Virus record (IMG/VR): IMGVR_UViG_3300042566_000599 | Coordinates: 1-64,000 of that record | Reading direction: 5' to 3' (one strand) | Origin: a virus | DNA: 64,000 bases | Part shown: one piece after another, positions 26,341-35,557 of the stretch | Layout of the letters: each line of letters starts with the position of its first letter | How positions within the stretch are numbered: the first letter of the stretch is position 1 | Made by a program: the position numbers and the translations under genes | Notes under the pieces: model-generated | What the model was told of the DNA's origin: nothing | Databases searched by the model: none | What the model saw: the letters and a program-made list of their open reading frames with translations, nothing else

Positions 26341-27723
26341 ATGACAACAAATTACGGCGTACTACTCGTTTCACAACCTGCTGATGTAAATGTAACTCGA
26401 CAGGTATTTATCGCAAACATAAACGGACAGACTGTTGTTCGTTCTCGATTCACAAATGGTAAGCAAGGAAAGCAGAACGCTTGGATAACTGAACCATTCA
26501 GTTATGAAAGTGGTGAGCCACTTATCGGTGACCCAGTTGCAATTCCTGTATCACAGAATGATGTTGAAGACTTCAGAGAAAACGGATTCCCACGAGTTCT
26601 GATTCAGAAACTAATTCGTAAGCACTCACTTGGTAATCAAGACATCACAGAAGAGGCGATAGCAGTTGCCGATTCAGTCTTCAGCGCAGTAGATAACGAC
26701 CCTGCTTCGCTTGCTCAGTATTACACCGACAATCGCGGTCAGCGTTCAGTAAAGGATTCAATCGTGGCAAACAATTCAGTTATTCGTATCAAGCCAGTCG
26801 CTTCTAACGAGTTAGTTAGTGAGCGTTCGTTGTATCTACCTAGTGTCGGTGAGTTCTCGCACTACATCTCACGAAAGTTTGCTGGTGATGTTGATGAACT
26901 CGCTATGTACCAATTCGCATTGAAGAACAAGATGAATGTTCTTCTTTATGGAGACGCTGGAACTGGAAAGACAACATCTTCAATGTGGGTATCTTCATTG
27001 TTAGGTCTTCCTTACTTTGCGATTCCTTCCAACTCTGCACTTGATTACACACAAATTGTTGGTGGCTATGTACCAAACGCCAATGGTTCTTTGTCATGGA
27101 GTGACGGCGCAGTAACTCGCTTAGTTCGTAATGGTGGAGTTCTTCTTATCGGTGAAGTAAATACACTTGCTAAGAATGTTCAACAATTCCTAATGCCACT
27201 ACTTGATTACCGCCGTTCAATTACTGTCATGGAGAATGGCAACGAAGTTATCAAGGCGCACGACAACTTGTTAATTATCGCTGACATGAATCCAAATTAT
27301 CGTGGCACTCAACTACTTAATGAAGCATGGAAAGACCGCTTCGAGATTAAGTTGAACTTCGATTATGACCGCAAGATTGAAGAGAAGATTCTCAAATCAG
27401 AATCACTCTTGGAACTTGCTTACGGCATGAGGTCGCGTTCTCGTGGTGCGAGTAACTACTCAAACACAGATAGCACCGCAATCTTCGATACTCCTGTTTC
27501 AACTCGTATCCTCAAAACATTTGAGAAGTTAGCAACAGAGTTGTCATTCGACTTTGCTTGTGAGGTCTTCATAAATAACTTTGATGAAAACGAACGACCA
27601 GCAGTAAAGATGTTGTTGGAATCAAATGCTTACAATCTCAAAGAAGATTTAGGTATTACTGATTCATCTTCTGTCACACGCGACAGAATCATTGAAGAAC
27701 ACTTAACTCGTCTTGATTCCTAG
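26341..27723 (+). CDS. MoxR-class AAA+ ATPase (CbbQ/NirQ/CobS-like)
   Basis: GDAGTGKT, WSDG.VT..VRNGGVLLIGEVN, MNPNYRGT..LNEAWKDRF. Confidence 0.88.
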   Translation: MTTNYGVLLVSQPADVNVTRQVFIANINGQTVVRSRFTNGKQGKQNAWITEPFSYESGEPLIGDPVAIPVSQNDVEDFRENGFPRVLIQKLIRKHSLGNQDITEEAIAVADSVFSAVDNDPASLAQYYTDNRGQRSVKDSIVANNSVIRIKPVASNELVSERSLYLPSVGEFSHYISRKFAGDVDELAMYQFALKNKMNVLLYGDAGTGKTTSSMWVSSLLGLPYFAIPSNSALDYTQIVGGYVPNANGSLSWSDGAVTRLVRNGGVLLIGEVNTLAKNVQQFLMPLLDYRRSITVMENGNEVIKAHDNLLIIADMNPNYRGTQLLNEAWKDRFEIKLNFDYDRKIEEKILKSESLLELAYGMRSRSRGASNYSNTDSTAIFDTPVSTRILKTFEKLATELSFDFACEVFINNFDENERPAVKMLLESNAYNLKEDLGITDSSSVTRDRIIEEHLTRLDS

Positions 27724-27734
27724 AAGGGAATGTC

Positions 27735-29657
27735 ATGTCACAACCAAAACTAACTGAGTTCGTTAATAGAGCGACTCAGATTCAACAGGAAGAAGAGCAG
27801 AACCGCGCTCGTGTCGAGCGACTAACTCGTTACTTCTCTCGTGTTAATTCAGCACTTACATTTCGTGAAATAAAAGTAACTGTTGAATCATCAGAACTAA
27901 ATGCACCTGCTTGGTCAGGTGCTAGTGACATCACACTTAATTCACGACTTATCAACGACTTTAACAAAGGCGTTAATGTTGCGAATCTTCGTGGTCTTAA
28001 CTTTCACGAGTTATCACACATTCTCTATACACCGCGTACAGGTTCAGAGATTGTCACATGGGTCAATGAACAGGGTTATCGCCAAGCGTTTAATGCACTA
28101 GAAGACCAGCGCATTGAAACTCTATTTACTTCACGATTCCCTTCAACTGTTGATTGGTTCGTAGTAACTGTTCTGACTTACTTTGTTAATGATGAACAAC
28201 AATTCGCAAACTCTTATCCGTTGCTTCGTGGTCGTAAGTATCTGCCACTAGAAGTGCGTACTAAGTCGCGTGAGTTGTTTATACACAAAGATAAGTTAGA
28301 TGAACTGTGTTCAATCATTGACGAATACAGAACACTTATTTACCCACTTGATACAGAGCGTGGCAAAGTTCTTGTTGAACAATTCCACAAACTCATTGAC
28401 TCACTACCTCAGCATGACAACGGAAGCGAAAGTGGAAGTGGCGAAAGTGGTGAAGGCAGTAATGAAGTTGTTGATTACAACGACATGGCTGAGTGGGAGA
28501 AAGAGATACTAAAGAACGCCACACCTGCTGACGGCACTATAAAGAACACTAAGACAGTTCTTAATTGCCCATTTGGTCACGAAGAGCGACCAACTGAAGG
28601 TATCGAACCAACAGTTGCTTCACGACCACAACCATTGAAACAACAGAAGCGCGATAGTGAAAGAGCAAAGCAATTAGATAGTGTGATTGAAGATGAAGCC
28701 GATTCATTCTTTGATTCACAATTTGATTCTGATTCACAATCTAACTCTGAGTCATTCGGTCAATCTGCTGGTACTGAAACTTCTCTTTCAGAACTTCTCA
28801 ATACCGCTATTACTGATGTTATGGATAAGCACGAAGTTGCTAACGAAATTAACAACATCATTCGTGTAATGAAGGGTCTTCCTTCTTTATCTTCTAACAA
28901 CCTAGAAGAACCTGAACCTGCTCGTTACCACAATCTAATTCCCGACAGTAGGACACTCTCTGCTTCAGTTTCATTCGCTCGTGAGTTAGAGCGATTGAAA
29001 GCAAAGTTTGACCCTGCTTGGGATAAGTACGAATCTCGTGGCAAATTAAATGCTTCTCGATTCATGCGTGGTGATGATTTAGATACAGTCTTTGATTCAT
29101 GGAATGAAGGTCGTGAAGATGTTACTGAGATTGAAGCAGTAATCATTCTTGATAATTCAGGTTCTATGAATGGAGAAAAAGCAACTCAGTCTTATCGTGC
29201 TATGTATGCAGTTAAATACGCACTCGACAAGATTGGTGCTAATTGTTCTGTTCTTACTTTCAACACACAAACTCGAACTCTTTATCACGCAACTGAAAAG
29301 GCAAACAATTCAGTTCGTGATAGTGGAACAACAGGTGGCACAGAAGCCGAGTATGCAGTTCGTTATGCAACTAAGTTACTTGCTGAATCAACCAAGCCTG
29401 TAAAACTATTCTTTGCAATTACTGACGGAGAATGGTCTGACACAAAGGTTTGTGATGAAGAGATTAAGAAACTCTCTCGTGCTGGCGTGCTAACCGCGTT
29501 TGCATACATTCCTGAATCACATGAAGAAGTTGTGCTGACTCACGAGAAGGCGCACTACTCAGATGTTGCTTCAGTAATTCGTAATCCGTTTGACCTTGTT
29601 GGTATGGCTCGAATAATCGTGCAAAACGCGATTAGTCGCAGACTTACTAACGCTTAG
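27735..29657 (+). CDS. vWA-domain protein with N-terminal HExxH (CobT-like)
   Basis: HELSH...NALEDQRIE; MIDAS DNSGSM, GGT, ITDG. Confidence 0.85.
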   Translation: MSQPKLTEFVNRATQIQQEEEQNRARVERLTRYFSRVNSALTFREIKVTVESSELNAPAWSGASDITLNSRLINDFNKGVNVANLRGLNFHELSHILYTPRTGSEIVTWVNEQGYRQAFNALEDQRIETLFTSRFPSTVDWFVVTVLTYFVNDEQQFANSYPLLRGRKYLPLEVRTKSRELFIHKDKLDELCSIIDEYRTLIYPLDTERGKVLVEQFHKLIDSLPQHDNGSESGSGESGEGSNEVVDYNDMAEWEKEILKNATPADGTIKNTKTVLNCPFGHEERPTEGIEPTVASRPQPLKQQKRDSERAKQLDSVIEDEADSFFDSQFDSDSQSNSESFGQSAGTETSLSELLNTAITDVMDKHEVANEINNIIRVMKGLPSLSSNNLEEPEPARYHNLIPDSRTLSASVSFARELERLKAKFDPAWDKYESRGKLNASRFMRGDDLDTVFDSWNEGREDVTEIEAVIILDNSGSMNGEKATQSYRAMYAVKYALDKIGANCSVLTFNTQTRTLYHATEKANNSVRDSGTTGGTEAEYAVRYATKLLAESTKPVKLFFAITDGEWSDTKVCDEEIKKLSRAGVLTAFAYIPESHEEVVLTHEKAHYSDVASVIRNPFDLVGMARIIVQNAISRRLTNA

Positions 29658-29679
29658 ATGTCACTCTCTAGGTGACTAG

Positions 29680-29723
29680 GTGTGGAGTGTGCTTTATTTT
29701 GGATTGCACACTCCACACTTTTT
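29680..29723 (+). terminator. Rho-independent terminator
   Basis: 13-bp perfect stem GTGTGGAGTGTGC/GCACACTCCACAC followed by T5. Confidence 0.8.
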
Positions 29724-29768
29724 AATTACTAATACAAACATTCACAATAACAATTAGGAGAAAAACAA

Positions 29769-30380
29769 ATGAAGTTTAATGAACTAGAACTCGGTGTTGC
29801 ATACGCAGTAATTCCTTCATGGACTTATTCATCACGAGATAAGAAAGACCCAACTCGTGTTCGTGCGATAGATGTTGAAAAAGCAACTCTTGTTAATTTA
29901 ACAAAGTATGAATACAAGGTGTATCGCTCTGACATTCCGAATCACCCTGAGTTTGTAAAAGCACCAACAGGTTCTCGCTCTGTCGGTTATCTATTTACTA
30001 ACAACGACTTAAACAATCCGACTTACTGGCTTGCACGACCACAGGACATTGTTGAGAAGTGGTCTGTATTAGAACCACGCTGGGCAGAACAGGAACGCCT
30101 AGAGAGGGAAGTAAGAGAGAAGCAACGATTAGAACAAGAGAAGCGCGAACAAGAGCGTAAGCACGCACAAGAGCAACGCCAGCGACTAGAGAAGGCAACG
30201 ATTGAATCTCTAGTTTCTATTCTCGGTAATCGCGCTAATAACACCAACATTCGATTCGATACTCGAAGTGGTCGTGACAACGAAGGTAACTACAAAGAGA
30301 TAAACATTGTGCAACTAGATGTTGATGTTGCACAAATACTTATTGAGAGAGTCCTAGAAGCGAAAGAGGTATTGGGATAA
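29769..30380 (+). CDS. Hypothetical protein with coiled coil
   Basis: SD AGGAG; 203 aa. Confidence 0.65.
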   Translation: MKFNELELGVAYAVIPSWTYSSRDKKDPTRVRAIDVEKATLVNLTKYEYKVYRSDIPNHPEFVKAPTGSRSVGYLFTNNDLNNPTYWLARPQDIVEKWSVLEPRWAEQERLEREVREKQRLEQEKREQERKHAQEQRQRLEKATIESLVSILGNRANNTNIRFDTRSGRDNEGNYKEINIVQLDVDVAQILIERVLEAKEVLG

Positions 30381-31012
30381 TGACAACAGAACTAGCAACT
30401 CAATCTCCTGTTAATACAGTCATTCGAGTTCGTGATGAATCTTTTTATTTAGACAGATTCAAGAAGGCAGTTAAGACCGCTTGGATTCCTAATGGTCGAA
30501 TCGTTGATACTGATTACTATTGTGAAATCTATAAAGAGTTTGCAATAGTAATTTGGAAACAAGAGATAAAGAAACCTGACGGCACGATACGACTTCACTT
30601 TAATAATTACATTTGGGAAGTCGGCTCAATCTATGACAACTTGCATAATCTAAATTGGATTTCACAAGGTTGTGTATCAACAGGCTATGGCGCAGTTTCA
30701 TTTGATAAGACAGTCGCTAAGGCTCACAAGAAAGTTGATTTACTATCTCTTCTTTATAGTGAGAAGTCGGAGTTACAAGCCCTATCACATACTTACGGCA
30801 GAACTCTCTTGCATGATGAAGAACCTATCTACAACGCACTTATTGGTGATGTAGTTGCTCTTCGTGCATTTGGTCGCGTACGACTTGGAAAGATTGTGAA
30901 ACTAACTGGCAGTCGTTTCGTTGTTGCTTACATGACACCCAGCAATTCACAAGATGTTCATTACAAAACTCTTCCACTTAATTACATCTACCCTAGAGAA
31001 AGGAAAAACTAA
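30380..31012 (+). CDS. Hypothetical protein
   Basis: Coupled ORF, 210 aa. Confidence 0.6.
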   Translation: MTTELATQSPVNTVIRVRDESFYLDRFKKAVKTAWIPNGRIVDTDYYCEIYKEFAIVIWKQEIKKPDGTIRLHFNNYIWEVGSIYDNLHNLNWISQGCVSTGYGAVSFDKTVAKAHKKVDLLSLLYSEKSELQALSHTYGRTLLHDEEPIYNALIGDVVALRAFGRVRLGKIVKLTGSRFVVAYMTPSNSQDVHYKTLPLNYIYPRERKN

Positions 31013-31188
31013 TGGCAACTCGATTAACTCGCAGAGGTTGGATTGTTCTTGTAATCATTCCTGCACTTCTACTTGCACTTCTAGTGTCGTGGGCAACTCG
31101 TGATGTTTGTTATGTAGGCGATAAGCCTTATGCAAACTTTCTCGGTTATGGCTCATGTGAAAAGTTAATAGATGAGGTGACAAAGTGA
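31012..31188 (+). CDS. Small membrane protein (not in ORF track)
   Basis: MATRLTRRGWIVLVIIPALLLALLVSW... Confidence 0.55.
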   Translation: MATRLTRRGWIVLVIIPALLLALLVSWATRDVCYVGDKPYANFLGYGSCEKLIDEVTK

Positions 31189-31442
31189 TTACATTCTTTG
31201 TATTGGTGACTATTGCGACTCTTATCGGGGTCGCAATAGCACTTTCATCTCCAATGATTGACGGAGAGTAACTATGGGATTTGCAGAAATAATCCATGTC
31301 AGCACAGAAGAACTAGAGATGTGCGATTCCTGTAATCAAGAAGGGCGTTTGATAAAAGGTCAATTCATAACAGATAGTTCAGGACAACCTGTTATGTGGT
31401 TCTGTTTTAACTGTGTTAATAAAGTTATTACTTAGGAGAATA

Positions 31443-32078
31443 ATGAAAACAAAAGTTTGCATAGGTTGTTTCTATGACTTACCGCTATCAAAGTTTAATA
31501 AACACATACAGGGTCAATACGGAAAGAGGGCAAGGTGTAAGAAGTGCCAAGCAATCTTGCGTAAGGGTTCTGTCGCACGAATGGCAAAGCGTAAAGCGTT
31601 ACTGGCACAAGGTAAGCGACCTTGTAATGGTTGCGGTAAAGCAAAGCCGTTATCTGCCTTTCAACCTAAGACACAGGCAAATGGTAAAGAAGGTTGGGAA
31701 GGTAAATGCAAGCCTTGTGTTTCTTTACGACAAAAGAGAAGCAGTATCTCTCGTAATAAAGAAGCAAGACAATTAGTGTTTGAGTATCTGAAGAAGAACC
31801 CTTGTATTGACTGTGGGGAAACTAATGTATTGGCATTGGAGTTCGACCATGTTTATAGCAAGAAGTTCAACATAGGTAATGCACTAAATAGCAACACCGC
31901 TATTGACTTGCTAAAAAAAGAGATAAAGAAGTGTGTTGTCAGGTGTTCTACTTGCCACAGAATAAAGACACACTTGGAAATTAACTCATGGCGTTTCCAA
32001 ATGTCTATTGAAGATAAAGCAACGAGTCGTAAAGTAAAAAGCACAAAACAATACAAAGCCTTAAAGAAGGTTTCGTGA
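31443..32078 (+). CDS. HNH-like endonuclease with Zn-finger repeats
   Basis: CxxC pairs; PCIDCGE...LEFDHV...KCVVRCSTCHRIKT. Confidence 0.8.
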   Translation: MKTKVCIGCFYDLPLSKFNKHIQGQYGKRARCKKCQAILRKGSVARMAKRKALLAQGKRPCNGCGKAKPLSAFQPKTQANGKEGWEGKCKPCVSLRQKRSSISRNKEARQLVFEYLKKNPCIDCGETNVLALEFDHVYSKKFNIGNALNSNTAIDLLKKEIKKCVVRCSTCHRIKTHLEINSWRFQMSIEDKATSRKVKSTKQYKALKKVS

Positions 32079-32626
32079 TGAATACAAAAGTTTGCAGTAG
32101 GTGTCGCAAGACAAAACCAACTACTTCATTCAATCGTAAGCGGTCTAGTGGGATAAGCGGTCAATACCAGCCTTACTGCCGACCCTGCCAAAGTGAGTAC
32201 CAAAGACAACACTACAAAGTAAGAACGCAAGACCAATTACAAAAGATGTATAAGAATCGAAGAAGGCGAAAGAAAGAGATTCATGAGTTCTTAGCCAATT
32301 ACTTTAAGAAAAACACCTGTGTTGATTGTGCTAAAAAGAAAGTTCGCATTAAGAAGTTACTTAGTGGGAAAGTTCCGACTTCAACAATCAACCAAATCAT
32401 AAAGATTGTGGATTCCGACATTCGCACCTTGACCTTCGACCACCTACACACAAGGGGCGATAAGGAACACACAATCGCTAACATGATTCGTGACATTCAA
32501 CCATTACACAAGATTAAAAAAGAAATACAAAAGTGTGTAGTGCGTTGTCATAACTGCCACGACATTATTACTGTGAAGCGTGCTAAAAATTGGAGATACC
32601 ACGCCCACAAACAAGTAACTAAATAA
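32075..32626 (+). CDS. HNH-like endonuclease
   Basis: CVDC...LTFDHL...KCVVRCHNCH. Confidence 0.75.
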   Translation: MMNTKVCSRCRKTKPTTSFNRKRSSGISGQYQPYCRPCQSEYQRQHYKVRTQDQLQKMYKNRRRRKKEIHEFLANYFKKNTCVDCAKKKVRIKKLLSGKVPTSTINQIIKIVDSDIRTLTFDHLHTRGDKEHTIANMIRDIQPLHKIKKEIQKCVVRCHNCHDIITVKRAKNWRYHAHKQVTK

Positions 32627-32630
32627 ATGT

Positions 32631-32778
32631 ATCTAGTGGGGGTTAAAGCGAGTGACCTTTGTAGGTTTCTATTCATTCCCTACAAACTGTTCAAGGCTAA
32701 GAACAACCATGACCTCTCATGGGTCTTTGTATTACTCCTTTCAACCATGAAAGCGAGTTGTATCTGCCCCCACTAGAT
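32631..32778 (+). ncRNA. Putative ~150-nt multibranch structured RNA or 5' leader
   Basis: 12-bp closing stem ATCTAGTGGGGG/CCCCCACTAGAT with four internal hairpins. Confidence 0.55.
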
Positions 32779-32802
32779 TCCCAATTAAGAAAGGAAGTAG
32801 AA

Positions 32803-33438
32803 ATGCCAAACTGGTGTTTTAACGCTCTTAACATCTCAGTTGAGAGTCCAAAACAATTACAAAAGTTAATGCAAGCAATTACAAATGATTCAGAACAACC
32901 TTTCGACTTCAATCGAATAATTCCAATACCTGAAGAACTCGCTAACACTTCATCACCTAATAAAGATAACGCTGATGAAATGAAAAAGAAGTATGGGTTC
33001 TCTGATTGGTATGACTGGCGAGTTACTAACTGGGGAACTAAATGGAACGCCTCTGATGTTGAACTCGACATTGAAACATCACAACAGATTCGTATTCGAT
33101 TCAATACCGCTTGGTCACCACCAACACCAGTTATTACAAAGATTGCAGAGAAGTTTCCTTTTGCTTTCATAACTTTGGATTGGGAAGAAGAAGGTGGTTA
33201 CTACGGCAACTCTGAGTACGAGAACGGCAGACTCACTTTAGAACACGAAGGCGAAATGGATTGTGACTATCGCTGGGAGAAGTGGGGGGAGTGTGCTGAG
33301 TGGTGCGAACAATGTGGTGTTTGTGATTGCGAAGTTTGTAATTGCGAGTATCGCTCACAACAAACGCTTTGTGAAAGATGTAATGACGGCGAACATGGAC
33401 AACTAAAAGGAGAAACAGATGAACCAACGACAGACTGA
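32803..33438 (+). CDS. DUF1281/YubB ferredoxin-like-fold protein with Cys-rich tail
   Basis: MPNWC.N, FDFN.IIP.P, WYDWRV.NWGTKWNA, F.TAWSPP. Confidence 0.8.
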   Translation: MPNWCFNALNISVESPKQLQKLMQAITNDSEQPFDFNRIIPIPEELANTSSPNKDNADEMKKKYGFSDWYDWRVTNWGTKWNASDVELDIETSQQIRIRFNTAWSPPTPVITKIAEKFPFAFITLDWEEEGGYYGNSEYENGRLTLEHEGEMDCDYRWEKWGECAEWCEQCGVCDCEVCNCEYRSQQTLCERCNDGEHGQLKGETDEPTTD

Positions 33439-33727
33439 CATAGTTAAAGGACTTACTCTTGCAAATGAGTTTCTAAAGATTCTTCGTGCGTTTAAGGTGG
33501 AACAAGCACATGAGAATCCAATTCCGTTTGAGGTAACTCATTCATTAGCAAACGCTCAATTAAATCTCGTAATGGAGAAATACAATTCAGACCCCGAAGA
33601 TTTAATTTGGGGTCTTGTGCAGGTTGTTGAGATGTTCCTAAAACTAACTGACACAGACCCCGAAGATTTATCGGGCGCACTAGACCAATTCATTCGCTTC
33701 ATTGAAGAACAGGAAAACGACAAATGA
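33419..33727 (+). CDS. Hypothetical protein
   Basis: SD AAGGAG. Confidence 0.6.
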   Translation: MNQRQTDIVKGLTLANEFLKILRAFKVEQAHENPIPFEVTHSLANAQLNLVMEKYNSDPEDLIWGLVQVVEMFLKLTDTDPEDLSGALDQFIRFIEEQENDK

Positions 33728-34059
33728 AAAAAGTAAAAGTAAAAACACTTCCTTCATCACAACCAAAGAGAGCGACTAACAATCCTGTCTTCAATCTCAA
33801 AGTGCCAACACCACGCGACATTGACCAAACTCCATGTCAAAAGAATGACCCTGAGATTTGGTTTCCTAGTGGAGAGAACCTTCCTGAAGACACCGAGAAG
33901 ATAAAAACTGCTAAATCACTATGCGCTCAATGCCACGAAACAACTAAGTGCCTTTCATTCGCATTATCGAATCGGATTCGTTATGGGATTTGGGGTGGCA
34001 CTACTGAATCAGAACGACAGACACTTATTCGTAGAGCAGAACGGAGTAAAACTAAATGA
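33724..34059 (+). CDS. whiB: WhiB-family transcription factor
   Basis: C..DPEIWFP...C.QC....C, GIWGG. Confidence 0.9.
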   Translation: MKKVKVKTLPSSQPKRATNNPVFNLKVPTPRDIDQTPCQKNDPEIWFPSGENLPEDTEKIKTAKSLCAQCHETTKCLSFALSNRIRYGIWGGTTESERQTLIRRAERSKTK

Positions 34060-34307
34060 CACCTACCTACACAGTTCGCGTATCTCTTAACTCAGTTACT
34101 TATGAAGTGACGGCAGATGATGAAGAACAAGCAATCGAGAAAGCCCACGAGTTTATCTTGGAAGAATCAACTTACGATTTAGCAAAGTGGGCAGACTATG
34201 AAGTAAGTATTGAAGAGTGTGATGTCTGCGAAGCACCTGACGGAACACCTCATTGTGATTGTGGTCAATGTGATTGTGGCGAAGACACAGAAGGGAATGA
34301 ATCATGA
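34056..34307 (+). CDS. Acidic Cys-rich hypothetical protein
   Basis: Coupled ORF. Confidence 0.55.
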   Translation: MTPTYTVRVSLNSVTYEVTADDEEQAIEKAHEFILEESTYDLAKWADYEVSIEECDVCEAPDGTPHCDCGQCDCGEDTEGNES

Positions 34308-34407
34308 AGTGTAACGATTGTGGCGCAAAAGTTACTTACGAGAGTATGACGGAAGAAGGCAACTGGTCATGCTCTGATTGTGGTTGGGATACAGGGGTGA
34401 GTGACTA

Positions 34408-34851
34408 ATGGTTAATACATTCCTTCCGTATCCCGACTTTGTTCAATCTGCACAAGCACTCGATTACAAACGACTTGGCAAACAACGAGTAGAAGCGTGG
34501 CAGATACTTCGTGCGCTTCGTGGAGAGACAAAAGGTTGGCGTAATCACCCAGCAACTAACTTGTGGCGTGGTCACGAGAAGTTACTTTGTGAATACGGAA
34601 TCGCAGTCTGTGATGAATGGATTGCTCGTGGTTACAAAGACACAATGCGTGAGAGATTCGTTGCAATACATTCGACTTACCCTGATTGTGAAATACCAAA
34701 ATGGTTTGGTAATACAAACTTTCATAATTCACATCAGAGTAATCTCAATCGCAAAGATTCGACTTACTATCACTTCAACATCACAAACGATTTACCTTAT
34801 TTGTGGTTCGACAATGAAACAGAACAACTCTATGAAAAGGAATCAAAGTGA
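34408..34851 (+). CDS. Pyrimidine-dimer DNA glycosylase (T4 DenV-like)
   Basis: TFLPY...LD.KRLGKQRVEA.QIL...HPA...W.G...EW..RGY. Confidence 0.8.
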   Translation: MVNTFLPYPDFVQSAQALDYKRLGKQRVEAWQILRALRGETKGWRNHPATNLWRGHEKLLCEYGIAVCDEWIARGYKDTMRERFVAIHSTYPDCEIPKWFGNTNFHNSHQSNLNRKDSTYYHFNITNDLPYLWFDNETEQLYEKESK

Positions 34852-35081
34852 CCGAGAAATCAGAATGGCTAACAAACGAACAGGTAAGTGAGTTACTGGG
34901 GTTGAAGTATTCAACTCTCTACACTTATCGAAGAAGGAACACTCTTCCTGAACCCGATACATACATTGGAAGAACTCCTGTATGGAATCGAAAGACAATC
35001 GAAGAATGGAAAAACAATCGCAGAGAAACTGAGATTGAGTTAATACCCGACCAACTAACAGAACAGGAAAACAAATCATGA
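34848..35081 (+). CDS. AlpA/excisionase-like HTH protein
   Basis: LT..QV...LG....TLY.Y....LPEPD...GRTP.W. Confidence 0.75.
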   Translation: MTEKSEWLTNEQVSELLGLKYSTLYTYRRRNTLPEPDTYIGRTPVWNRKTIEEWKNNRRETEIELIPDQLTEQENKS

Positions 35082-35356
35082 GAATAAAATTAAATAAGGA
35101 ATCAAATCCAAATACATCTTTTGTAATTGGTGTAATGAACAGTTATGAATTGAAATCAGGAATTGGAATTGGGTTCTCTTACTTCAATGACGGAACTTTA
35201 GATTTTGGATTCGTAATTGGTAAGAGTTACTTCAATCTTGAACTATTGTGGGGAAGAGCAGAAGAACTCTCTTACTATGAAGAAGAAGATGAAGCCGAAC
35301 AGGAACTTGAAGACTGGCTTGGTGAATTAGCAGAACAGGAAAGACAGAAGAACTAA
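35078..35356 (+). CDS. Hypothetical protein
   Basis: Coupled ORF. Confidence 0.55.
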   Translation: MRIKLNKESNPNTSFVIGVMNSYELKSGIGIGFSYFNDGTLDFGFVIGKSYFNLELLWGRAEELSYYEEEDEAEQELEDWLGELAEQERQKN

Positions 35357-35403
35357 CACATAGCGGAATAACTCAACTCTTCTAAGTTACTTGGTCACTA
35401 CCT

Positions 35404-35440
35404 AGACCCTCATTCCCGATACGGAATGGGGGTCTTTTTT
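35404..35440 (+). terminator. Rho-independent terminator
   Basis: AGACCCTCATTCC/GGAATGGGGGTCT stem followed by a T-run. Confidence 0.8.
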
Positions 35441-35450
35441 ATGCCCTCTA

Positions 35451-35552
35451 AGTTACTGACCAGTAGAGGGGCTTGCGATTTGCGCTAGATGTTACTGGTG
35501 GGTAACTTACTGGTTGTTACTAGCCAGTAACTTACTCGCCAGTAGAGGGGGC
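35451..35552. repeat. Array of GTTAC-N6-GTAAC-like palindromes before the recombinase
   Basis: Copies at 35452, 35491, 35516 and 35531. Confidence 0.75.
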
Positions 35553-35557
35553 GTTTT

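Noticed and set aside
32719-32802. N-terminal extension of the DUF1281 ORF
   Set aside because: The family motif MPNWC and an SD place the start at 32803; the upstream part belongs to the structured RNA
35451-35552. Repeat array as a mini-CRISPR
   Set aside because: Units are 14-16 bp, adjacent or irregularly spaced, with no unique 30-40-nt spacers
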